Source: Octopus bimaculoides
Taxonomy: Eukaryota
Direction: 5' to 3'
DNA: 64,000 bases
Assembly (NCBI RefSeq): GCF_001194135.2
Contig: NC_068989.1
Location: 58,395,370 to 58,459,369, forward strand
Made by a program: the position numbers and the translations under genes. Position 1 is the stretch's first letter. Each line of letters begins with the position of its first letter. A model generated the notes under the pieces. It had not been told where the DNA came from. It did no database searches and worked only from the letters and a program-made list of their open reading frames with translations. This document shows positions 14,749 through 24,692 of the stretch, in pieces.

Positions 14749-15060
14749 CTTGCAGGAGGAGTACACAGCCAATTTCTCAAGTTTCTTGGGTCGGGGATAA
14801 CCTTTCACCATGGCCTTTTTATGGGCGATTCGTTGCATTGTGTTGCTTCGACTCATTTCGCCAGTGGTCGATGGCTGCGAAATCTGTCTGCCAGTTGTAA
14901 TGGTCGTCGTTGACTGAGATTCTGTGGTAGATGCAGTCGAATTGGACATAGATGCTGTTAAGACAGTAGTTTCAGTTGTACTAACTTGTGACATAGCCAC
15001 AGATGACGACAGATTTGAAGATGTGATAACAGAGCTTGTATCGCCATTAGTGGAAGCCAT
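14749..15060 (-). CDS. KAT2A: GCN5/PCAF-family histone acetyltransferase (KAT2A/KAT2B ortholog), coding exon 1
   Basis: 312 nt = 104 codons. Ser/Thr-rich N-terminus, then AHKKAMVKGYPRPKKLEKLAVYSSCK, matching the PCAF N-terminal motif AKKLEKLGVYSACK. Ends AAG|GTATAA, phase 0. KAT2A vs KAT2B cannot be resolved; invertebrates usually have a single ortholog. Confidence 0.95.
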
Positions 15061-15989
15061 CTTTAACTACAACGAAGTGACCCACATGCAAACGAGAAAC
15101 TTCTTTTTATCCTCCGCCTTCACGCTTTCATGGAAACATTCGACCTTAACAAGGACTTACAGTAATAACAGAATCTTAACGATGGACGATTATTTATTTA
15201 TTTTTCTTTAACACGAATGAGCACATTTCTCGATTCTTTGTTCTGCAATAGTGACGCCAGCGTATTCTTTTTCCTTCCCCCACGACTCAACCCCGATAAC
15301 TCAATTACTAAACTGAAATTACCTCCCTTCGTTTAATCGCTACTTCGAAGTTCCACACATATTTGTTGGTTGATTTCATTGATTTAATCGAAGACTATGC
15401 TGAAAGAGATATTATTATAATGTATTTTGTCGAATCCCTAATTAGAAACGTACACCACTGTCTGTTCCCTTTGTATGAGTTATTTATTTTAAAAGAAAAA
15501 AATTGTAGAGTTGAGAAAACTAGTTGGTGGTGGTCTGCAGCGTCGGTTAAATTTGCTTCAAGCTCAAGTGACCTTTAGTTTTGCACCACGAGAAGGGTTA
15601 TTCTGTGAACCAACACACGCACAGTGTATATAGTATTTGCCTTGTGAAACCTGAGAATTTTATGGTCCAACGAATGCAAAGTATTTGGCAGGGACTTTTT
15701 GCTTGTTAAAAATGTTCTTGTTTATTATCGATTATATATTACACAGAGTCGCGCGCGCGATATAAAATCATAGAATGTTATCAAAATAACATTTAAGCAA
15801 AAAACAGCAGTGAAAAAACATGGCAGAGTAGAAATAGTTTATGCAAAGCCATATGGCATAATACACCAAATATTAAGGTATACTATGTGATCTGGAGATC
15901 CATTCAGCCATCTTAGTAATGTGTTCTTATAGAAGCTCTCTTGTCTTTATGTTGCCACTGATCATTTTATATGAGAAAAAGAGAGTGAG

Positions 15990-17235
15990 TCTGGTGACTG
16001 TGCATTTGCGAAAAAAATCTTGAGTGGTCTAGCATCTGCTCTGACTTGCATTGGATAGGGGCTGTAAGGACAAAGCCAAATGACTGGTGGCCACTCTGCT
16101 TTTGTTACTTTTCTGGCAAGCTGAAATGAAAGCCGGATTCTACAACACTTAGGGTAACTGAATAGTCTTGTTAAGGATAGCTATGCTTACCCATATGAGG
16201 AAGGGGCAAAAAATAGTGTCCAAAACAAAGCCCTCTTCACTCAATCTGGTTGATTTACTACAACCAGCAGGGGATGTCACCTGCATGGATGAAAATAGGA
16301 TGATGGAACATCCAGATCCTCCAAAATAATTACAACAGAGACTTGAAAAATGAGCTTGCATAGTATAATCTGGATGTAATTACCCTTTGTGAGACTTGGC
16401 TAGCTAAAGAAGGTCAGCTGAAAGAATTAAGTGTAGATTACACATCCTTTTAGGACAGAAAAATAGTGAAACTATGATAAGCAATGACTTTGCCATGAAG
16501 ACTTGCTGCTCAACAACTAGAATCTATCTTCAAAGGGGTTAGTGATAGAATCATATCTCTGGGAATTCCGCTTGAAAAGAAAAATACATCCTTTTAAGGA
16601 ATTATGCCAAGCACAGTGTTTATAAGCACCAAAAACTTTCACCTTCTACTAAGATGCAGAAATCCTGGTATCTTGGGAGAAGGCAAAAACTCTGTGATAT
16701 GTCAATAAAATTATATATAGAACTAAGTGAAGCACTGATTATACATATATTGTGTGCAAAGTGGAAATTTAGAAGTAGAAGATGTCTATAGGGCAAACCA
16801 CCACCAAAAAAATCTGGAAGTGAAGAATCTCAAGTTATCAGCATTTTAATAGATCTTTTTTTTTTTTTTTGAAACCATCTCTGAAAGACTAAGCAAAGCA
16901 TCTTTCAAAACTGATGGCAAAGAATGTAGCTGGACTTCTTGAAAAGTGACTCTGAAGAACTCTGCAACTGACATCCAAACCCATGCAAATAGGCTGCACC
17001 AGTATTGATTTGAAGAAAATAGCAAAAAAATCCAAAGGTTGTCAGCAATGTCTTCCAACTCACAGTGAAAACCTGATGCTTTGTGTTCAAGTAAAAGTGC
17101 TCTGCAGGAAAAACTAAGTGCCATGAAAAATAAAAGATTTGATGAAAGGGTATGGGAGATGTAAATGCATAAAAATTTTTTGAAAGTCTTCATGCAGCCT
17201 AGGGCCCAGCTTGTGAAGGTGTTGCACTTCTCACT
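15990..17235 (+). mobile_element. Degenerate RTE-clade LINE 5' part (APE endonuclease region)
   Basis: Decayed YNLDVITLCETWLAKEGQLKEL (about 16360-16430) and NRLHQY*FEENS (about 16988-17023), resembling RTE DIAALSETRLAEEGQL and RKHQDWFDEND. Confidence 0.7.
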
Positions 17236-17254
17236 GCATATGCAAATGTGAAAG

Positions 17255-17590
17255 TGCATGGCTCAGTGGTTAGAGTATTGGGCTCACGATCATGAGGTGG
17301 GGAGTTCAGTTCCCAGACTGGACTGTGTGTTGTGTTCTTGAGTAAGGTACCTTATTTCACGTTGCTCCAGTTCACTCAGCTATAGAAATGAGTTGTGAAA
17401 TGAGTCACTGGTGCCAAGCTGTATTGGCCTTTGCCTTTCCCTTGGACAACATCAATGTTGTAGAGTGGGGAGGCTGGTATGCATGGGTGACTGCTAGTCT
17501 TCCATAAATTACCTTGCCCAGACTTGTACCTCAGAGGGCAGCTTTCTAGGTGCAATCCCATGGTCATTCATGACTAAAGTGGGGTCTTCC
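17255..17590 (+). mobile_element. tRNA-derived SINE (family D)
   Basis: A-box TGGCTCAGTGG and B-box-like GAGTTCAGTTCC, then a non-tRNA body; reverse copy at about 57140-57456. Confidence 0.8.
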
Positions 17591-18449
17591 TCCTTCTACT
17601 TTTAAAATATTCTGACCAGAACCCAACGTAAGTAAGGAATCATCAGCATCATCATTTAACATGCTCGGAAATGAGAGGTTAAAATACAAGAGAAAAACCT
17701 GAATAACAGATTCTTTGCAGTAGAGGACCTACTCAGCTACTCACATTACAGAAAAAGGGATGAGAGTAACTGGACAGAGATAAAAATTGTGATGATCAGG
17801 TGTCAGTAAGGATCCTCAAGATATAAGCTCAGTAGAAGTGAGTGAGAACAGGAGAGCATGGAGTATGGGCAAGTAGAGGTTGCAAGAGTAAATGGGAAAG
17901 TGACGGATGATGGTTAGAGATAGGGAATAAGTGAGAGAGTGAATACAATGAAGAACAAGTGTTCTGGGATGATAAAAAGGGGAGGTAGGAAGTGTAGGTG
18001 ACAACTGTAGAAATTGGGTAGAGTTGAGGGGATGTAATCATTGATATATGTGAGTTGGGAGGGGGAGGGGAGAGGAGCTGATTGATGTTACAGAAACAGG
18101 TGAGGTGGAGAGCAGCAGAATAATGATGATGATACAGGAGATAGGTGAAGAATGAGAAAAGCTGGGAGAAAGGGAGAGAGGTGATGTATGATTGATTGTA
18201 AGAGTGTGGGGCAGCTGTAGTAAATGGTGAAGGATAGATAATTTGGGGGCTTCAGTATTAAAAATGAAGGATAAAAATCAAGTGAAATTGTTCCACTGGT
18301 GAAGTAAATAATTTTGCCTACATTTAGTTCCAACTGTAGAGAATTATACTGCAATAAGAAAGATGATGGGTGGTGGGGATGTCTTGAGAAAGAAATTGGG
18401 TGAGAGGTCTCAATTGTGCATGTAGACACACACACACACACATTGTGCT

Positions 18450-19270
18450 TGAGTGGGTCTTCTCAAGATATGCATATCTCCAGTCATCCTGATACTTTGT
18501 CATCTCTTCTGTGAGGTTCAAGGACCTTAGATCAGCTTTCACCAATTCATCCCATGTCTCTTTCTGCAAACTTAATCTATATTAAGTGGACAGCACTTCT
18601 TTACACATCTGTCAGTTTTCTTTGTTGTACACTGCATCTAATTCCTCTTATGCCCTGCCTTTCTCTCAATGTGTTTGTTTTATGTTGTTTGTGCATACTT
18701 ACATCGCACATTCTACAGAGCAGGTTAGCTTAATTTCTTTCCAGTCTTCTACATTCATGTCTCATGCAGCATTGCAGTTCTAATGCAAAATCTTTTACAG
18801 TCTACTCTTCACTCTGTACGAAAAGACCTTTGTTTCTAGCAGCAGTCGTAGTTCTCTGAACTTCACTGACTTTTTCCAACCTGTTTTTAATTTGGCTACT
18901 ATACTTTCAGAGCAACCACCTTCCCTGCTAATTACATCTAAGTAACAGAATCTATCAAGTACTTCTAGTGAGTCATCCAGGCATTTAAGAAAATCTAATT
19001 CCAGTGTATTCATAGTATGTACTGCTTCAGTGCATCTGTCACATATGAAGCTTCCTTTCTGTGTTAGTCAGCCTGTGATTCCACAACAAGTCTTGTGTGT
19101 TCATACCTTGCAATGGACGCAGTATATGAAGGTTTTACCTAAACCTTTTCTGCATATGGAGCTAGGCTATTTTGCTGTAGCTGTGCGGGTCCTGTCTTCT
19201 TTCCTAGTTATTAAAAACTTAGTATTTGCTATGTTTACTTAAGATCACTTGGTTCTAGGTTTAGCTTCCA
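18450..19270 (-). mobile_element. RTE-like LINE, RT C-terminal and 3' region
   Basis: LEVLDRFCYLDVISREGGCSESIVAKLKTGWKK..FREL..LL..K.FS.RVK.RL; similar segments at 7040-7270 and 28420-28900. Confidence 0.75.
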
Positions 19271-19888
19271 AATCTGGAATTTCCTCTTTATTCCTCCTAT
19301 AGATTCAGCTATGAGAACTATCATCAACATATGGGACTTTCAATGGACAGTTGTCTTAAACTCTCCTGTGATGGCTTATAAAACCATATAAAGAGTCATA
19401 AAAACTCACATATATATGCATAGGCATGCATACATTAACATATACAGATATACATAAATACATAAACATAAATACATGAATACTTATCAGTGTGTTTAGG
19501 TGTACATACATAAATGTCTATACATGCACACCAAAAAGTCAAATGTTATTGTTACTATATATGAGGAGGACAGACACATATATATATACCCACCCACACA
19601 TACATACATACACATATGTATATATAAACACTGAGTACCACATATTCCCTTCCATTTTCTTATTGCTATATAAATTTAGGGTAAAACTTCCTTTTAACAG
19701 CACCCATTTATTGCACTTAGTAAAAACACTAGTGTAATAATAATTGGGTACCCTCCTAGCAGTATATTGGATAGATATTATCCCTTAGTAGGTTGGATTC
19801 ACAACCCCTAACTCTCTTGTATATATATATATATATATATATATATACAAGAGAGTTAGGGGTTGTGAATCCAACCCACTAAGGAATA

Positions 19889-19979
19889 NNNNNNNNNNNN
19901 NNNNNNNNNNNNNNNNNNNNNNNNNNNNNNNNNNNNNNNNNNNNNNNNNNNNNNNNNNNNNNNNNNNNNNNNNNNNNNN
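19889..19979. other. Assembly gap
   Basis: Run of N. Confidence 1.
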
Positions 19980-20558
19980 TGTCCAACACTTCATCGAAGT
20001 AATTCCCAAAAACATTTTTGGGTAATGTTAAGAAAAAAAAAAAAAAGAGAATTACAATTTTGAAAATATTCTTTTTTTTGGCAAAAAATCGTAATTTATG
20101 TTGTGAACGTAGTAAGTCGAAGAAATTTGGGTCAAAAAATAATTATGGGGCCCACTAGTATAAATTTCATTTATGGTAATTCCACAGTTGACTGGTTTTG
20201 AAACAAATATGATTGAAAACATGATAAAACTGTAAACAGTCTCTTGAAATAATGCCACAAATTATATAAAATGATGTAGGATCACTATATGTAATAGTGT
20301 ACCTTATTAACATCCTTTAAACCAATAAATAAGCAAAATTAAGCTATAATATGTGTTTATAAACAATTATCTGTTAATTTCTATTTTATAAACAATTGTT
20401 GATTATCTCCCCCTGATTTCTCTGGGGAACTCTATAGTACATTCTAATATTCAGGAATTCATTTAGTAGCCTTTAATTTAGTACTCAAGTGAAATATTAT
20501 TCGTTGCGATTCCCTTTCCTTTAAATAGTTGTTATGTTTCAAAGCTCAAAAACTTGAT

Positions 20559-20618
20559 ATGGATGAAAATATTAATAGAAAAAGATCAAAAACTGTAAAA
20601 AGTCGCAGTAATACGGCG
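20559..20618 (+). CDS. LCMT2: LCMT2/TYW4 tRNA wybutosine-synthesizing protein 4, exon 1 of 16
   Basis: ATG...MDENINRKRSKTVKSRSNTA, GCG|GTAAAT donor, phase 0. Joins in frame to VQGTND, giving the basic N-terminus plus AVQxTND seen in LCMT2. Confidence 0.8.
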
Positions 20619-22437
20619 GTAAATATTTACGTTTTGCTTTTTAGTTGAATTTTATTGTTGTTGTGAAATCTTATTGATGTCTTAAATGATAAATCTTTTT
20701 GTTATAACTCATTTCCCTATGCTCAAATAGAAAGAAACGAGTTACATCATGCAGCACTTTACTACATTGGGTCAACAGAAAACAAATGGGTCTTCGTCGG
20801 TTACGACGGTATTCCAACTCTTTGATCAACTGGATTACGTTAAATCAACACATAAATGGTTGAGTATTTCCTAAACACGTGTACCGTTACCAATAATTCT
20901 CAGGAAGAATCAGCGTAACACTGTGGGACAAAAGTTATTCTTTTCGGCGAGTTTTCGATTTAGGGACATAAATGCTACATCTATTAAAAAAGAAAAAAAA
21001 TCAAATCATATGATGGATATATAAAAATAACTTGCCTATCTTGAATTATCGAAACGAGAAAGTAAACGCTTAAAAAATATTTTTATTAATATTCAGCGGA
21101 AGCAACAGAGTGACTCAAGAGCCGAGAGTTTCGTGAGGTAACTTATTAAGGTAGCTATGGAAAATAAGAAAATTATAATCGCAAAATCTGTGACAGTGTG
21201 TTAAGAAGTTTGCTTCCCAACCACATGGTCCCCTGTTCAGTCTTATACTGTGGCACTTTGGACAAGTGTCTTCTACCATAGCCTCGAACCGACCATAGAG
21301 TTGTGGGTGGATTTGGTAGAGGGAAACTAAAAGAATCTGATCGCGTGTGTGTGTCTTTGTGTCTGTGTTTGTCCCCCACTATCGCTTGACAACGAGATGT
21401 TGGTGTGTTTACGTCCTCGTAACTTAGCGGTTCTGCAAAAGTAACCGATAAAATAAGTAACCAGCTTTAAAAAAAAAAAAAAACTCTGGGGTCGATTCAT
21501 TTGACTAAAAACTCCTGAAGGCGGCTCCCCAGAATGACCGAAAGATTGTATGTGTGTGATACAACTGAAATTATTTCTTTTTTTCATATTTTTGCCCCAA
21601 ACTTTTCGTAGATGTATGGCCAAGTCTTCCGGATATGAAATTGGAAGCATCTTAGCCGACACAATATATATGATTATAAACATTGTTTACACGTGATGAC
21701 TACTAAAATGAATTAAACTGATTTAATTGCCATTTAATAGTATATTTTATGTATATATATTACAAGTGTATATTTTATAATCATTGTTCATACGTGCTGG
21801 CTATCAAGATTAATTAAAGTGACTTAATCACTACTTTATAATATATTTTATAATTAAATATATTGTGCGTCGGCTGCTAAGACGCTACCATGTGTAAACC
21901 ATGCTTCGAGATATATTCACAGTGCGTCGATTCTGACGCTTATAGTCTCTAACTTCCGTTTTGTACCGGAGGTGAAGGTGAAGGTTGACAGAGTTGGGCT
22001 ATCCATTGCGAATGTGTCCAACTAGTCTACCAATATATATGTATCATCATCATCATCATCATCATCATCATTTAGCATCCGTTTTTCCGTGTTGGTATGA
22101 GTTAGACGATTTGACTGGAACTGGTAAGCTGGAAAATTGCATCAGGCTCCAGTCAGATTTAGCTTGGTTTCTACGGCTGGATGCCCTTCCTAACGCCAAC
22201 TACTCCATAGAGTGTGTAACGGTACCTGTAATGGTAGTTGTAACGATATGCAATGGCTGTCGTCACATCAGAAGGAAGTAATTCTTTCAAGTCAGGGGTG
22301 ACCAGTTGTAATGGTATTGTTATTCGTTGTAGTTGAGGGTTGCCATTTGTAACGGTATGTGTAAGGCGGAGTCAGCTGTAACGGTAAATGTATATGTGTG
22401 TTTGTGTGTGTGTGTGTTTCTCTCTCTCTCTCTCTCT

Positions 22438-24286
22438 GAAGTAGATGGTCATAGATAGTCATGGTCTTACTCGTCTTTACTAACTATACTGCTATACCAG
22501 AGTGGGTATTATAATAGTCTGATGGAAGGTTACAACAGCGGCAATGAGGAATTAACAAACTCACGTGGAATTAACAAATTCATGAGGAATTAACTAACTC
22601 ACAAGGAGTTACGAAACTCACAAAAGTTTTTTGTAAATTTTACAGTACATTAAATCATAAAATTATGGAAGATTTGTTGGCCAGTTTGCTTGAGTTGCGA
22701 AATTAGCAACAACAGCAGTTGAGGCGTACTATAGAAGATATGAACAGATCTACAATAAAGAGTGCAAAGATTAGGATGATGATATGAAAATGTGTTCAAT
22801 CTTAAGGAAACTGGCAGCAGGTGAACATGGGCATTACAGCAATTATGTACTCTCAAAAAAACTTTGATATAAACTCTAAAAATACAATAGACATATTGTG
22901 TAAAATTTTTAGCAAGGAAAACTTGTTGTTCAATACAAGCTGGAAATGTTTGAACCTAGAAAAGAACAACGAGGACTACATCACATATGCTGGTAGAGTT
23001 TACAGAATGTGAAAAATTCAAACTGGATGAATTAACACCAGATATGTTCAATTGCTTGATATTTACTCAGAGACTAATTGCAGAGAAAGATGCAGAAGTA
23101 AGAACTAGAATTCTTGCTAAGCTGGAAAAAAACCAAGCTGTAACCTTACAAGTGTCAGAAAAGCGTGAAAGAATAGTAAATTTAGGACATGACACAGAGA
23201 AAATTGAACATAAAGATTGCTCCCAAGTGAAACAGGTGCGAAACAGGCAGAATAGAAATCAAGTGTGTACTAAAATACAGTACAAAACAGGTCAAAATCA
23301 GGAAACAAACCCATGTTATGCATATGGAGGTCTACACCTGAGAAAAAAATGCCAATTTAAGAAAGTGGAATGTTTCCATTGTGGAAAAATTAGACACTTA
23401 AAAGTGCACTGCAAAACCAAGATAACAAAATGTTAGGACAAGGAAGAAAGAATAAACAACATTTTGTCGAAAGAAAATGGTAATATAACAAAGGAAATTT
23501 GTAAATGCGAAAATTAAAAATATAAGAGTAAAAATGCAGTTAGACACTGGAAGTGATATTACCATTGTAAATAAAGAAACTTGGAAGTATATCGGTAAGC
23601 CGAAATTAAGTAAATCTACAAAAGCAGTGCATGGTGTTACGGGTAAAAGATTGTACTTTGTTGGTGAATTTGTGTGTAATGTGACATTTTGTGACCAAAT
23701 GAAAATGGCAAATGTATATGTGTTAAAAAAATTCAGTTAATCTATTCAGCACAGAGTGGATGGAATTGTTCAAATTGTGGAATATGCCCATAAGTGTTTT
23801 GTGTGGGAATATAGTCATTTCAGTCAAAGGTTCAAATGCAGCTGAGAGAGTGAAACGAAAAATAAAACATTTATTTCCAGATGTTTTTTTTGGATGAACA
23901 GGGCTGCTGCACAAAAACAAAGGCAAAAATTGTAGTAAAACAAAGTGCAACACCTGTATTTAAGTCAAAACGGAATGTACTGTTCCTGGCAATAGAACAG
24001 GTAAATAAAGAACTTGAAAGGCTTGAAAGCCTAGGAATAATTGAGAAGATGGGCAGCACCTACAGTCTATGTAAAAAAGAAAAATAATAAGTTTATGAAA
24101 AAATTAAATACTTGGACCAGATAATAGATACAATGTACCAGTCATTATAAATACTGTCAGTCAATGTCAGTATCAGTAGAGAGTACGAAGTAGATGGTCA
24201 TAGATAGTTGTGGTCTTGCTTGTCTTTACTAACTAAACTGCTGTACTGGAGTCGGCATTATAATAGTCCGACAGAGGGTTACAACA
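22438..24286 (+). mobile_element. Internally deleted Gypsy LTR retrotransposon in LCMT2 intron 1
   Basis: 100-bp direct repeats 22438-22537 and 24187-24286 (86% identical, ending ...TACAACA), PBS-like GCGGCAATGAGG after the 5' copy, Gag zinc knuckle CFHCGKIRHLKVHC, protease LDTGSDITI, RT start ATPVFKSKRNV...ELERLESLGIIEK. Stops and frameshifts throughout. Confidence 0.9.
22546..22621 (+). repeat. 19-bp tandem repeat x4 in the Gypsy leader
   Basis: GAGGAATTAACAAACTCAC / GTGGAATTAACAAATTCAT / GAGGAATTAACTAACTCAC / AAGGAGTTACGAAACTCAC. Confidence 0.85.
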
Positions 24287-24567
24287 AAAATTTGCTTTCC
24301 AGCAACATGGTTACACTTGATGGCTTGTCTGCAACAGCCTATTTCAGCATAAACTAATCATATGTAAGCACCAACCATTTGGTGCATTTATGAACACACA
24401 CACACCTCCCCTCCCCCTCCCTCTTTTCATTTCATTCACTCACTCACACTTTTAGATCTACAATTTTTAAACTAAGTTTAGAAATGTAATGTTTATACAA
24501 AGCTTAGTTTTTCAGTGTTCTTATGCTTAAAAGATAATGTAATTAGAGATTTTCTTTACATTTTCAG

Positions 24568-24692
24568 GTTCAAGGGACAAATGACTGCAGCATTGTCAGC
24601 AAATCTTCTATGGTTAAATATGGCTATTTTCAAGATCAGTTTTTATCATATTTTGTTGCAAAGGAATCAAGAAGATCCCCACTGATTCATCG
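24568..24692 (+). CDS. LCMT2: LCMT2 exon 2
   Basis: TTTTCAG| VQGTNDCSIVSKSSMVKYGYFQDQFLSYFVAKESRRSPLIH + CG|GTAATT; LCM-family motifs VQxTND..SK and RRxPLIHR. Confidence 0.95.

Noticed and set aside
14924-15211. Antisense ORF overlapping KAT2 exon 1
   Set aside because: Explained as the stop-poor reverse frame of a Ser/Thr-rich coding exon; no independent motif.
17255-17330. tRNA gene
   Set aside because: It has A/B boxes but no closing acceptor stem and continues into a SINE body that recurs at about 57140-57456.
22987-24087. Domesticated Gag/protease gene or active retrotransposon
   Set aside because: Multiple stops and frameshifts, a damaged first zinc knuckle, deletion of most RT/RNase H/integrase, and 14% LTR divergence.
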